From: a virus
Length of the DNA stretch: 64,000 nt
IMG/VR virus record: IMGVR_UViG_3300006810_000040
Span: 4,352-68,351 of that record
Reading direction: 5' to 3' (one strand)
Shown piece after piece: positions 31,271-41,160 of this stretch (its first letter is position 1; each line of letters opens with the position of its first letter). The position numbers and the translations under genes were made by a program. Under the pieces are notes generated by a model that had not been told where the DNA came from, searched no databases, and saw only the letters and a program-made list of their open reading frames with translations.

Positions 31271-33250
31271 ATGTCCGACTCCCCTGGCGTCAAGTACATC
31301 GATTCGCTTCGCATCGGCTTCGACGAGCTCGCCTGGCTGCAGTCCTTCAACGACGACGAGGTCAAGGCCGCCCGGCTGGCTGGTAGCCGCACCACGGGCC
31401 TGGTGTGCGACGTGGAACCCGGTGGCCGACTGGGTGGGCGCTGGGCGCTCGAGGACGACGGGAGCGGCACCGTGGCGTTCCTGGGCGCGACCGTGCCCCA
31501 GATGCTGGTGGACGAAGACGGCAGCGCGGCCGTGTGGGATCCCGCGGAGTTTGAGAGCAACCTGCCGGCGGTGCCCGACGACGCGGTCTGGTACACGCTG
31601 GTCTGCCGCATCAAGCTGTCCGAGTACGCGCGCGGCACCATCGACTTCACGACCGGCAGCGCGGCCCTGGCCGGCACAGACACCCGGCTGACCCGACACA
31701 GCGGGGCGACGAGCGGCGGGGACAACGGCGGGCTGGGCACCAAGATCCGGGTCGAGGCCGCGGACAGCGCCAACGGCAACGATGGCGACTACCAGCTGGA
31801 CACCATCACCGACGACACCAACGCCACGATGACCAGCAACGCCCTGGGAACCACCGAGACCGGCGTGCCCTACAAGGTGATCGGCAGCTTCTTTGCCGCC
31901 ACCCCCAGCGCCGCCGAGATCCACCTGCGCCCGGTCGTCGAGTTCGAACTGGTCACCCGGACCCGGACCCCCGCGGCCGGTGACCTGGTCCTGGCGGACG
32001 TGATGTATGACACCGGCAGCAGCGCCGACGTGCAGATCATCGACCGCCGTCTCCAGAACGTGTGGCGGCCCATGGTCCCGTCGGAGGGCCAGCAGGGCCT
32101 CATGCTCGCGCACCGCTTCCGCCTGCAGACCAAGGCGTCTGGTGCCAGCTGGACCATCCAGCCCGACATCGACGAGCTCTACACGACCGGCGCTGGCACC
32201 ATGGGCCAGTCCGCGGCGGCCTTGAACCAGGACGGGGCCCACGCCCTGGTGTGGGACCGCGGGGGCACCATCTACAGCGCGGAGGTGAACCGCAACCGGG
32301 GCCAGCTCACCGCGCCGGCCAGCTTCGGCGGGGGCACGGCCCCGTGCGTGGTGAGGTCTCCGCGACGCGACGCGACCAGCGGAGAGCTCGAGATGCTGAT
32401 GTTCTACGTCAGCGCCAACGCGATCTGGATGTCGATCAGCACCGACAGCGGCGCGACCTGGGGCGCGGGGGCCAAGAAGTTCGACCCCACCAACGTGGAC
32501 GCGCTGGACACCGCCAACGACCCCTGCGCCGTGTTCCTGCCCAACGGGCGGCTGGTCGTGGCCTGCAGCTACTTCGACAACAGCGCCGGCACCAACACCA
32601 TCGTGAGCTTCTACAGCGACGACTACGGCGACAACTTCGTCGTCAACGGCGACGCTGGATACGCCCTGGTCACCACCGACGGCAACGTGGATCCCGCGCT
32701 TTGGGTGGCTCCGGGCGGCAACCTGCTGGTCCTGGTCTGCGAGGGCGCGTTCAACGGCCTGAGCATTTTCTGGGGACTCGGCAGCGACGCCGACGGCATC
32801 ACCGCCCTGGGCAGCGCGACCGGCCTGACCATCCTGGGCGGCTTGTCCTACGCCGATTTCGGCATCGCCACCGACGTTCACCTGGACCCCAGCATCATCG
32901 GCGATGCGCAGGGCAACCTGGCCATCGTGGCAGGCGCAAAGGAGACCCTGTCCAACGACAGCTGGCTGACCGTGTTCCACGTCAGCATCACCGAGACCCG
33001 CGACACCGACGGGTCACTGGTCGGCCGCCTGGACTACGGGCTGGCCGAGGACCTGGTGGAGATCGACAGCGGCGGCAACAGCATGGAGGCCCTACCGGTC
33101 GTGCTGCTCAACGTGGACGGCACCGTGACCATCTACAGCGCGTGGGACGACACCAACGCCGGGACCACCACCACACTGGCGGCTGCGCGCATGAGCGCCG
33201 TGAAGACGGCCGCGCCCGTGCTGGCAGACCTGGACCACAACTACAGCTGA
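31271..33250 (+). CDS. Tail fibre / receptor-binding protein with BNR (sialidase-like) propeller
   Basis: Asp-box repeats STDSGATW and SDDYGDNF; IIDRR motif closing the N-terminal attachment domain. Confidence 0.7.
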   Translation: MSDSPGVKYIDSLRIGFDELAWLQSFNDDEVKAARLAGSRTTGLVCDVEPGGRLGGRWALEDDGSGTVAFLGATVPQMLVDEDGSAAVWDPAEFESNLPAVPDDAVWYTLVCRIKLSEYARGTIDFTTGSAALAGTDTRLTRHSGATSGGDNGGLGTKIRVEAADSANGNDGDYQLDTITDDTNATMTSNALGTTETGVPYKVIGSFFAATPSAAEIHLRPVVEFELVTRTRTPAAGDLVLADVMYDTGSSADVQIIDRRLQNVWRPMVPSEGQQGLMLAHRFRLQTKASGASWTIQPDIDELYTTGAGTMGQSAAALNQDGAHALVWDRGGTIYSAEVNRNRGQLTAPASFGGGTAPCVVRSPRRDATSGELEMLMFYVSANAIWMSISTDSGATWGAGAKKFDPTNVDALDTANDPCAVFLPNGRLVVACSYFDNSAGTNTIVSFYSDDYGDNFVVNGDAGYALVTTDGNVDPALWVAPGGNLLVLVCEGAFNGLSIFWGLGSDADGITALGSATGLTILGGLSYADFGIATDVHLDPSIIGDAQGNLAIVAGAKETLSNDSWLTVFHVSITETRDTDGSLVGRLDYGLAEDLVEIDSGGNSMEALPVVLLNVDGTVTIYSAWDDTNAGTTTTLAAARMSAVKTAAPVLADLDHNYS

Positions 33251-33303
33251 GGCTACTGTCCATGGGCAGCACCGGCTGCTACAACGAGCTCGACGGAGAC
33301 ACC

Positions 33304-33738
33304 ATGCGACACCTTGCCCTCGCCCTCTCCCTCGCTTCCGCCCTGGTGGCCTGCAGCGAGCCCTACAGCGTCCCGGACGCCGACGACCTCACCGTCACGC
33401 TGGAGATGCCGCAGACGCCCACCGGCACCGGCTGGGGGGCCATCTACCGCACCGGCTACGCCGCGACGGACACCGGCGACTGCGCCGCGCACGTTGGGCC
33501 GGTCTCCCGGGCCCGGCTACTGCTCGACAGCACCGAGTGGTGGCCCGCCGCCGACGGCAGCCAGACCCCGTGGGCCGTGGCCACCAACGAGTGCGTTGTC
33601 CTCTTCGCCCACCACGCGGAGCCGGGGTTCAGTTCCGGCGTCTGGTGTACGGGCGGACAACCCATCTACGCCGACGGCAGCGTGGGCGTGGTCCTGCCCA
33701 GCATCCAGTGCGGGCCGCTCCTGGATCCGGCGCTGTGA
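33304..33738 (+). CDS. Lipoprotein
   Basis: MRHLALALSLASALVA-C lipobox; four further Cys; CTCGACGGAG box upstream. Confidence 0.7.
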   Translation: MRHLALALSLASALVACSEPYSVPDADDLTVTLEMPQTPTGTGWGAIYRTGYAATDTGDCAAHVGPVSRARLLLDSTEWWPAADGSQTPWAVATNECVVLFAHHAEPGFSSGVWCTGGQPIYADGSVGVVLPSIQCGPLLDPAL

Positions 33739-33786
33739 GCCCGGCGCTGCTGCGGTAGCATCCCAGCGGTTGAGACTAACCAGAGG

Positions 33787-33820
33787 GCCGGCGCTGCCAA
33801 TTCGGGTGGCGTCGGCTTTT
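33787..33820 (+). terminator. Rho-independent terminator ending the structural operon
   Basis: GCCGGCGCTGCC / GGTGGCGTCGGC stem followed by TTTT, at the convergence of + and - blocks. Confidence 0.6.
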
Positions 33821-33837
33821 CTACGTGGCGATGGCCG

Positions 33838-34167
33838 TCACCAGCCCGCCTTCCCGACCGCGCGATCGACGGCCGCCTGCAGCATGACCAGCCTGGACGC
33901 CACCGATTCGTCGATGCGCCCCACGGCCTTGATCTCCCATTCGCGCTTGCCAGGGACCTTGCGGATCCAGACCTCGGTCTCAGCCAGGCGCATGTCCTCG
34001 AGCGTGCCCTTGAGCAGCCTGGGGTGCCCGCGGCCCCCGGACATGAACGCGACCACGGTCGGGACCGTCACAAGCTCGCGGCAGGGCACCAGGTCGCTCA
34101 GCATCAGCTCGCGGTTCCGCGGCATGGCTGCGCCTCGGACGTTGTCCCGGGTCAGGCGTAGGAGCAT
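33838..34167 (-). CDS. Hypothetical protein
   Basis: ATG at 34167 with GAGGGG SD; good codon usage. Confidence 0.55.
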   Translation of the reverse strand: MLLRLTRDNVRGAAMPRNRELMLSDLVPCRELVTVPTVVAFMSGGRGHPRLLKGTLEDMRLAETEVWIRKVPGKREWEIKAVGRIDESVASRLVMLQAAVDRAVGKAGW

Positions 34168-34195
34168 CACGCTGGCCCCCTCTGTTTGTCGGTCG

Positions 34196-35035
34196 TCATC
34201 GGCTCGTCGCTCCCCAATGGGCAATCCACACGGCTTCGGCTGCGTCGGCGACCCCACTGTACTCCGCTGCGTGCAGCTTGCCCTTCCGGGCCCGGCCTTG
34301 CGCGCGCTCGAGGACGGGGACCAGCAGACCAGGCCAGAGCGCTTCGCACCCGTCGTAGGCCATGCGCTTCCACACGATCCCGACCGCGTGCTGCGGCTTG
34401 TAGTTCCCCGTACAGGTCGGGCACCAGTTGGGACGGCGACGCAAGTGGGCCAGGTCACGGCACTTGTAGGTGTGCCCGCACTTCACGTAGCGGATGATGA
34501 CGGCCAGTCCTGCGCGGCTGTCTACCTCGACCTTGTCGGCCGGCACGAAGGGGCCCGGCATCAGCATCCGCATGGCCCCCTTCTTGGTCGGCTTGCGGTA
34601 GTCCAGGCCGTGGGCGTTGGCGGTCTGCAGGAAGCGGCTGCGCCAGCTGGACACGCCCGCCTTGCGGACCTCGACCACGACGTCCGGGCCGTAGACCTCC
34701 CGCAGCATCAGCTCGATGCGCAGCGACGCCTGAGCAGCGGACCAGCCCAGCCGCCAGGCTATTAGCCCGTCGTTGCCGCGCGCCATGGTGAACGTGTGCT
34801 GCTCGATTGCGATCACGAACGCCGGGTTTGCAAGATCCGGCGACTTGTCGAGCGCTTCAATTTCAAGGGCTTGGCGGATCGCCACCACCAGCTTGTCCAT
34901 GTCCCTTAACTCCGCCCCTGCCGCCACGGGGACCTGCTCGACTGCCAGGGCCCACCCCACCCAGGTGGTGGACGGGTCAACACCGATGACGACGGGGCGG
35001 CTCATGCTTCTGTGGGCGTGGTCAGGGTCAGACAT
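34196..35035 (-). CDS. RuvC-like Holliday junction resolvase with Zn-finger insertion
   Basis: VIGVDPSTTWVGWA, VIAIEQ, SSWR and DAAEAVWIA motifs; CGH...CPTC insert. Confidence 0.8.
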   Translation of the reverse strand: MSDPDHAHRSMSRPVVIGVDPSTTWVGWALAVEQVPVAAGAELRDMDKLVVAIRQALEIEALDKSPDLANPAFVIAIEQHTFTMARGNDGLIAWRLGWSAAQASLRIELMLREVYGPDVVVEVRKAGVSSWRSRFLQTANAHGLDYRKPTKKGAMRMLMPGPFVPADKVEVDSRAGLAVIIRYVKCGHTYKCRDLAHLRRRPNWCPTCTGNYKPQHAVGIVWKRMAYDGCEALWPGLLVPVLERAQGRARKGKLHAAEYSGVADAAEAVWIAHWGATSR

Positions 35036-35065
35036 CGGCGTTCCTCTTCTTGATGGGGTTGCGGC

Positions 35066-35296
35066 TCATTTCGTCAGCTCCAGAAGCTCGCGGGCGATGT
35101 CGATGGCGGGCACGTCGGGCCGCGCGCGGCGGATGCCCCGGGCCGACCTCACGGGGTCACCGGCGGTGGCCTGCACCAGGTGCGGGCGCTTGTGTCCCGG
35201 CTTCAACCAGCAGCGCCGGCCGTCTACTGGGTGGGTGCCCTCGCACCGCGGGTAGGAGGGCGCTGGCGCGTCAGCGTCTACGGTGGGTTGGTTCAT
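35066..35296 (-). CDS. Small Cys/His protein
   Basis: C...CWLKPGHKRPH motif; start overlaps the upstream stop. Confidence 0.55.
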   Translation of the reverse strand: MNQPTVDADAPAPSYPRCEGTHPVDGRRCWLKPGHKRPHLVQATAGDPVRSARGIRRARPDVPAIDIARELLELTK

Positions 35297-35751
35297 GGTG
35301 CAATCTCCTGGAGCCCGACCTCGAGCTCGCTGGTGAAGTGACGGAGGACCAAGCGGGCATGCTTCACCCGCTCCGCTGGGCGGTAGTTGATGCGCAGGTA
35401 CTCGCCGACGACGACCAGCCCCTCCGCAGTGGCGTAGAACAGCAGGTTGGTGGCCGTCTGGTCTGAGGTGTCTCCCTCCGGCGGCAGGGCCCCCACGCCC
35501 TCCCAGAAGCGCGCCAGGGCCGCCTGCGCGCCCCGGTGCGCGATGGCGTAGGGGCTCTCGCGATGCCAGCCGACGCGGGCCCACAGCATGAGGACCGAGC
35601 GCGTGAGCCACCAGCGCGTGGCGCGCGCCCAGCCCCAGCCCCGCGCGCGGATCAGCTTGGCGGACCCCAGGGGCTCAACCAGCAGCGGGCGCAGGCGAAC
35701 CTGTACATCCATGTTCATGCCAGGCGCGATCTGGAGCCGAACCCACCCCAT
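35293..35751 (-). CDS. Hypothetical protein
   Basis: Open frame coupled to the downstream gene; start uncertain. Confidence 0.5.
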   Translation of the reverse strand: MGWVRLQIAPGMNMDVQVRLRPLLVEPLGSAKLIRARGWGWARATRWWLTRSVLMLWARVGWHRESPYAIAHRGAQAALARFWEGVGALPPEGDTSDQTATNLLFYATAEGLVVVGEYLRINYRPAERVKHARLVLRHFTSELEVGLQEIAP

Positions 35752-35826
35752 CAGAACAACCCGGGCGAGGAGGTCGCCCTCAAGGTCTCCATCGAGCAGC
35801 GCTCCCCAGACGGCGATCAGTCTTGG

Positions 35827-36375
35827 TCATGGTTCCCCCAAATGGTGCCAAGCGTTGCGCCAACCTGGGCGCTCTCGCAAAAGTGAGGCGCATGTCTTTG
35901 GGACGAGCGCATCCGGCGCGATGTAGATCCTTGGCGGCTTTCCTGCCTCGATCGCGATGAACACGTACACCTCACACCGGTGCTTTGTGGCGATACGCCA
36001 TGTCCACTGCATTCCGTGACCATAGTCACGGCCTGTCGCCATCTTCACGTCGACCGTTCGGCCGTTGATTCTCAGGTCCCACGGGGAGTTACGCCGCTCT
36101 GCACGGATGACATTATGCCCCCGCGACTCAGCCATTTCGGCGAACCACACCTCCCACTCCCACCCGCGACGGGAGTCGTGCATCGCGCGAGCCAGGCCGA
36201 GTTTGTCAGCCCACCCATCGAAACCAAGGGTTCGCGAAATCTTGGAGGTTAACGGGCCGTCGCCGCATTGAAGAATCTCATTCCGAGTGGGCATTCGCTG
36301 AAGCCCGAGAGAGGCGACTACCCGCCGCACTCTCTCCTCAACCAATTCATCTGTCCATCGAGTGCGACGCGCCAT
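35827..36375 (-). CDS. Homing-endonuclease-like PD-(D/E)XK protein, lower GC
   Basis: RWTDE...MPTRNE N-terminal repeat; PWDLRINGRTVDVK catalytic pattern; GAGGAG SD; atypical codon usage. Confidence 0.65.
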   Translation of the reverse strand: MARRTRWTDELVEERVRRVVASLGLQRMPTRNEILQCGDGPLTSKISRTLGFDGWADKLGLARAMHDSRRGWEWEVWFAEMAESRGHNVIRAERRNSPWDLRINGRTVDVKMATGRDYGHGMQWTWRIATKHRCEVYVFIAIEAGKPPRIYIAPDALVPKTCASLLRERPGWRNAWHHLGEP

Positions 36376-36560
36376 TGGTGGCTCCTCGTTAGAACTAACC
36401 GCATCATCTATAGGATGGCGCAGTACTCAAGTCCAGTTGGGATCGCGGTCATAGACCACGCTGTGCACGACACCAGAAACGCAAACGGTAGGTCAGCCAA
36501 CCCCGCCGCCGCCATCCTGCTGGTCTCGGAGCTCGCTTGCCTCTGCGGACATGCGTGGGT

Positions 36561-37418
36561 TCACGCCTCCCCCAGGGCCCGCAGCATGGCCTCCCGCGTG
36601 TTGGCACCCCAGCGGCCGTCGGCGGCCAGGCCCTGCTTGCGCTGGAAGTTCACCAGCGCGGCCCTGGTCTTGGGCCCGAACGTGCCATCGACCGTGAGCT
36701 CGTAGCCCAGGGAGTTCAGGCCGATCTGGCGCTGCCGCCAGGTTTCCAAGCTGATCACGGCCTTGGCGATGCCGAGCTGGGTGTGCGCGTTGAGCGCGCG
36801 CACGATGGCGGACAGCGTCCCCCCCGGGCAGGCCGGCTTGCCGAAGTGGTGGTGCGCGGCCAGGCGCGGCGCGCGGTCCTGGGCAGCCGCCAGCACCGGC
36901 TCGATGGCCCGCACCCAGAGCCCGATGGCGACCTCGAGCTGCGACACCGTCGGCTCGACCCCCTCGGGGTTGTGTTCGCTGGCGAAGTTGCCCATGAAGA
37001 GCACGCCCAGGTAGTCGCTGTTCTCGTCGCCGCGCGTGTACCGGTCGCCCTGCGACCACGTCCGCACGTCCCAGTCCCAGCACAACCAGATGCCGCCTTC
37101 CGGGTCCACGACCAGCCAGTAGGCGATGCCCGGGGCCCCGCCGTCCTTCAGGTGACTGTCCGGGCCGCAGTGGTAGCGCGCGATGCGCTGCACGGCCTGC
37201 CACCACTCGTTCCGCTCATGCTCATGGTCGCGGCCTGTTTGGACAGACGTGCGCGTCGGGGTCGCGGCCTGGTGGTGGTAGCAGGCCCCGCGGGGCTTGT
37301 TGCGGCGTTGGCCGTACTTGCGGGTCGCGTGGACCGGCAGGTGGCCCCGCACGTCGTGGAACGCGACGCCGAGCTCCGCGGCCAGTGCCTTGAGGGCTTC
37401 GATCAGCTGCTTGTTCAT
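36561..37418 (-). CDS. Endolysin: N-acetylmuramoyl-L-alanine amidase plus peptidoglycan-binding domain
   Basis: YHHQA, IAYWLVV, LGVLFMGNF, HHHFGKPACPG; C-terminal VDGTFGPKTRAALVNFQ...ADGRWGANT. Confidence 0.9.
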   Translation of the reverse strand: MNKQLIEALKALAAELGVAFHDVRGHLPVHATRKYGQRRNKPRGACYHHQAATPTRTSVQTGRDHEHERNEWWQAVQRIARYHCGPDSHLKDGGAPGIAYWLVVDPEGGIWLCWDWDVRTWSQGDRYTRGDENSDYLGVLFMGNFASEHNPEGVEPTVSQLEVAIGLWVRAIEPVLAAAQDRAPRLAAHHHFGKPACPGGTLSAIVRALNAHTQLGIAKAVISLETWRQRQIGLNSLGYELTVDGTFGPKTRAALVNFQRKQGLAADGRWGANTREAMLRALGEA

Positions 37419-37450
37419 GGGGATCTCCAAGGGGTCAGGGACCGCCGACA

Positions 37451-37595
37451 GTGCGGACGGTAGTGCGGACGGTAGTGCGGCAGAAGTGCGGACATAAGTG
37501 CAGACATTTTTCGGCCAAGTAGCCGGAATCACTCAGGGTGGGTGCAGACAGACTGCGGACACAAGTGCGGACATTCCGCGGACACAAGTGCGGAC
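37451..37595 (+). repeat. Phased box array A: 5 x GTGCGGAC-like boxes, 36-bp core, 5 boxes; inverted copy of array B
   Basis: Boxes at 37451, 37463, 37475, 37486, 37498 and 37542, 37553, 37565, 37576, 37588. Confidence 0.92.
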
Positions 37596-37605
37596 ACGGC
37601 GGCTT

Positions 37606-38658
37606 TCAACCACGGCCACAGAGGCCGCGGAAATCGCAGGTCGTGCAGGCGCGGGCTCCCTCATCCAACGGAGGGAAGGCCGAGGCCGGCAAGGGTTCGT
37701 TGCGGGTGGTGTCGCCATCGACGATCAGCGCGGCGAGACGCCCCGCGTCCTTCTGCAGCTTGTCCCACGCGCGCTGGCGGCTGGCCTTGGTGGGTTGGGC
37801 CACTTCGATCCAGGGCCACGGCCCGGAGCCATCAGGGCGCTGCTTGTACTGGCCGACGTAGTGCAGCGCCATGTCCATGGACTCAGGCGGGCACCCGTAG
37901 TGAGCGCCAGCCCAGAGGGCGTACAGGTCCACCTGGGCCTTGTCGGCCTTGATGATGGCCGCGGCCTTGTCCGCGTCGTAGCGCTCCAGCGGCGAGGTTT
38001 TCCAGTCGATGATGCGCAGCCGGTTGTGCGGCTTCGCCACCCGGTGCAGGACAGCGTCGGCGGACACCCAGACCACGACCTTGCCCACGCCGGGCATGGT
38101 GAGCTCACGCCGAAACCGCTGCTCGTTGCTGAGCAGGATGATGCGCTTGTCGATGATCGACGCCGTCAGCGCCGCGACCTGGCCGTTGACAGCCTCGATC
38201 AGGGTCCGAAGGCGCGCGCGTGCCTTCTCCAGCTTCTCCGGGGTGTCCGGGTCGTTGTAGTAGATCTCTGCGAGCGGCGGGCACTTCTTGGGGTTGCCCT
38301 GCCACAGGCGGGCCTCGGTGTTGTGGACGGCCAGGTCCAAGCCGCGCAGAGCGCGCTCCACCTGCGTCTCGACCGGGGCGGGCCGGTAGCCGTTGGCGGC
38401 GTCGCGCAGCGCCTTGGAAGCCGCCGCGTGGACCTCGAGGCCGATGAAGGCGGCCAGACCCCGCACCTTGGACTCGACGTAGGCCCGCCGACGCCAGCTG
38501 TCCGAGGGCGCATCCCAGCCACCCCAGGCCGCGTACCGCTTGAAGAACACAGCCCGCGTGCAGATGCCGAGCTGCTTGACGGCCGACGCCGAGATCGTGA
38601 ACTCGGGCCACGGGCCCAGGTCCCCCTGGTACGGCTTGAGGTGCAGGTCCTGGCTCAC
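37606..38658 (-). CDS. Cas4/AddB-like PD-(D/E)XK exonuclease with four-Cys Fe-S motif
   Basis: ISASAVKQLGIC, ADAVL...IIDWKT, QVDLY and CTTCDFRGLC. Confidence 0.85.
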   Translation of the reverse strand: MSQDLHLKPYQGDLGPWPEFTISASAVKQLGICTRAVFFKRYAAWGGWDAPSDSWRRRAYVESKVRGLAAFIGLEVHAAASKALRDAANGYRPAPVETQVERALRGLDLAVHNTEARLWQGNPKKCPPLAEIYYNDPDTPEKLEKARARLRTLIEAVNGQVAALTASIIDKRIILLSNEQRFRRELTMPGVGKVVVWVSADAVLHRVAKPHNRLRIIDWKTSPLERYDADKAAAIIKADKAQVDLYALWAGAHYGCPPESMDMALHYVGQYKQRPDGSGPWPWIEVAQPTKASRQRAWDKLQKDAGRLAALIVDGDTTRNEPLPASAFPPLDEGARACTTCDFRGLCGRG

Positions 38659-39005
38659 TGGTGGCTCCTGGTCTGGCGTGGTTCGACCCAGCGCGTCCAG
38701 CGCAGCTCGGCCACCAGCTGGTTGGGGCTCCAGCTGATGACCTCGCACAGCACCCAGATCGGGAAGTGCCGCGCCCAGTCCATGCGCTCCTGCGTCTCCG
38801 CGCCGCCCTGGAACAGGGCCAGCATTTTCGGCTCAGCTGCGTTGCGCCGCCAACTGCGCCCAGGGGGCCAGGTGTCCGGGGACATGGTGGGCATCGTCTG
38901 CGTGTACTCGGGCAGCGCCTTCATGGCGCGCGCGCTCAGGAACCGCGGGGGCAGAGCCCCCGTTGTCTCCTCGATGCGCTCGTACCAGTCCAAGTCACCG
39001 CTCAT
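38655..39005 (-). CDS. Hypothetical protein
   Basis: Overlaps both neighbours. Confidence 0.5.
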   Translation of the reverse strand: MSGDLDWYERIEETTGALPPRFLSARAMKALPEYTQTMPTMSPDTWPPGRSWRRNAAEPKMLALFQGGAETQERMDWARHFPIWVLCEVISWSPNQLVAELRWTRWVEPRQTRSHQ

Positions 39006-39903
39006 CGACTGGGTTCTCCTCGAGCCATGATGCGACGGCGTCCGCGAGCTCGTCTTCGTAGCGCTCAGCGAGCGCTTCGCTGGCCACCTGGCCAAGGCTG
39101 ATCGGTTCGCAGACCGCATCGGCCAGATAGGCCCGCACGACGAAGTCGGGCTCGTCGCCGATCTCCCAGGCGTCCGGGCCCCCGCTGGTCTTCGCGTCCT
39201 TTCCCCGGTCGGTCACCGTCACCCGCAGGACCACGGCGTCGTCCATCACGACGTGCTCAAAGTCGTAGTGGTCGCCCAACGCGATGACCTCAATCAACTC
39301 GGCCACGTCCGAGTTCAGCGAGGCCGCCGGCACCCAGTCCCAGGTCAGGTCAGCCGGTAGGACCTCGATGGGGTAGTGCTGCTGCGGGCCGAAGTTCAGG
39401 TCCAGCACCACCTTCTCGGTGCTCCGGCGCGTCCAGCCGTCCCGCTCCTCGAGCTTGGGCCGGGTGAACGTCATGCGGACGCGCCAATGCAGGACCCAGC
39501 TGGCCCGCAGGCCGCCGCCGCCTGCCGCGAGCAGCGGGCCAAGTACGGCATCCGTCAGGGTCCACGCCATAGTCACAGTCCACATGCCCATGCGCAGCGC
39601 GCCGGGGCCGGTTGCCGAGCGAGACCAGCGCCGCCCCTGGCCATCCAGGTGATGGACGACCTCATCGTCCTGCTCGCGGAGAGCATCCATCAGCTCGTCG
39701 ATCCGACGCAGGACCTGCACCTCCCCGCCGAAGGTGCCGGGCGAGATGGGCCACCAGCTGGGCGGGGTCTCTCCCGTGCTGACCAGGTGCTTCAGGTGGC
39801 GGCTGAACCAACCGAACCAGGCGGCCGGTGTCCGAGCGTAGAGCTTGACCCCGTCACCGAAGATGAAGTCGTTGTCCGCGGTGAAGCGGTTGATCGTAGG
39901 CAT
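38995..39903 (-). CDS. Hypothetical protein
   Basis: Own promoter and GGAGG leader box; good codon usage. Confidence 0.7.
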   Translation of the reverse strand: MPTINRFTADNDFIFGDGVKLYARTPAAWFGWFSRHLKHLVSTGETPPSWWPISPGTFGGEVQVLRRIDELMDALREQDDEVVHHLDGQGRRWSRSATGPGALRMGMWTVTMAWTLTDAVLGPLLAAGGGGLRASWVLHWRVRMTFTRPKLEERDGWTRRSTEKVVLDLNFGPQQHYPIEVLPADLTWDWVPAASLNSDVAELIEVIALGDHYDFEHVVMDDAVVLRVTVTDRGKDAKTSGGPDAWEIGDEPDFVVRAYLADAVCEPISLGQVASEALAERYEDELADAVASWLEENPVDER

Positions 39904-39907
39904 GTTT

Positions 39908-39962
39908 CCTCCGTCGAGGCGTTCGATGGTGCGAGCGTAAGCGACGCGCTCAGGGCCGTCAA
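39908..39962 (-). promoter_or_regulatory. Sigma70-like promoter plus conserved leader box
   Basis: TTGACG-17 nt-TACGCT-9 nt-GAACGCCTCGACGGAGG. Confidence 0.7.
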
Positions 39963-40411
39963 GTCCCTCGGCGCAGCGACTGGTCGCGACGGGTCAGCTC
40001 GCGACTGAGCGCCTTGTAGCGTGCCTCGTAGCCGCTGAAGATGGCGCTGAGCAGCTTGTAGCGCGCGGTGTGGACATCCAGCCGCTCGCCGGCCGCTATG
40101 ACGGCGGGGTTTCCTTTGGCCGCCTCCCGTCGCTCAGTGACGTTGCCGGTCGCCTGCAGGAAGCACCGGGTGCTGTTGACCTTGACCTCGGCCTCGTAGG
40201 ACGTGCGCTCAACGTCGGCGAGCGCCACCTGGTAGCCGGCGTAAGCGACCTGAGCCGCATACCAACCGAGCTGGTGGCTGAGCTCCTGGTCCACCAGGTC
40301 CGCCATGTTGGCGGGCCAGTGGGGTTCAGGCCCCGGGGCCTGCGTCGGGATGGGTAGACCGGTCTGGCGCACGTAGGCCATCGCGGCCTTCGTCGCGGGA
40401 TGCTCTGCCAT
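39959..40411 (-). CDS. Helical protein, possibly UvsY-like recombination mediator
   Basis: All-helical pattern ending YKALSRELTRR; family assignment is tentative. Confidence 0.5.
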   Translation of the reverse strand: MAEHPATKAAMAYVRQTGLPIPTQAPGPEPHWPANMADLVDQELSHQLGWYAAQVAYAGYQVALADVERTSYEAEVKVNSTRCFLQATGNVTERREAAKGNPAVIAAGERLDVHTARYKLLSAIFSGYEARYKALSRELTRRDQSLRRGT

Positions 40412-41084
40412 GTGGAAACCTCTTCACAGGTTGCGTGGGGTCTACCACGGCATCCGGGAGGATGTCCTCCACCAGCTGCTGAAAGCTCACAGGGTCCTGG
40501 CCCTCAAGCCGCGCCAGCTCCGCGTGGACGCGGGATCCGTACACGTCGATCCAGTCCCGGGCGATCCGCTCGCTGTAGGTGTGCCAGCCGCTCTCAGGTC
40601 CCAGTCTGCGCGTGCGGATTCGGAACCGCACGCCGTCCGGGCGCTCGAGGACCGTGCGGCCAGTGCGGCCTGGCCCGATCACCAGGTACGGCCCGACCCA
40701 GCCCTCGGCCCGACGCCACCAAAGCCGGTTCTGTGGCTCGATGCGCTCGCGCACGACATCCTCGTCGTGCCGCCAGTAGGCCACGCCTGGCACCCGCATC
40801 AGCTGCTGCTCCTCGCGCGTCAGCTGGAGTTCGCCCCGCGCGACCAGTCGGCGGATCACGTCGCGGACCCGGACAACCAGCCGATCCGCGCGCATGACCT
40901 CATGGTCAACCTCCATCAACAGGGCCAGCATCCTGGCTTCCGCTGTGCGGACGCGGTCGCGGACGATGTAGTCCACGACGCCAACGAAGTCGGAGGCCCG
41001 GACACCCGCACGTTTCAGCCGGCCATTGAGCGTAGACCGTGGCACGCCCAGAGCATCGGCCACGTCGTCGGTGCTGTAGCGCAT
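40326..41084 (-). CDS. HTH DNA-binding protein
   Basis: YSTDDVADALGVPRSTLNGRLKRAG. Confidence 0.6.
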   Translation of the reverse strand: MRYSTDDVADALGVPRSTLNGRLKRAGVRASDFVGVVDYIVRDRVRTAEARMLALLMEVDHEVMRADRLVVRVRDVIRRLVARGELQLTREEQQLMRVPGVAYWRHDEDVVRERIEPQNRLWWRRAEGWVGPYLVIGPGRTGRTVLERPDGVRFRIRTRRLGPESGWHTYSERIARDWIDVYGSRVHAELARLEGQDPVSFQQLVEDILPDAVVDPTQPVKRFPHGRASRDEGRDGLRAPDRSTHPDAGPGA

Positions 41085-41160
41085 CTGACGCCGACGCCGA
41101 CGTGGAGGCTCAGGCACCGGTGTGCGCTCCTCCCAGATCCGCCGCTCAGGGGGCGGAAGC

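Noticed and set aside
4064-32980. Very long minus-strand ORFs (e.g. 4064..8764, 9049..12057, 28814..32980)
   Set aside because: Antisense shadows of high-GC3 plus-strand genes; no motifs and implausible composition.
17685-33250. Tail module as a tailocin or extracellular contractile injection system
   Set aside because: Capsid, protease, neck, terminase and replication genes are present, so this is a phage.
37451-38658. Repeat array next to a Cas4-like gene as a mini-CRISPR
   Set aside because: Boxes are 8 bp with 3-4 bp gaps, not 25-40 bp repeats with unique spacers; no other cas genes; solo Cas4-like nucleases are common in phages.
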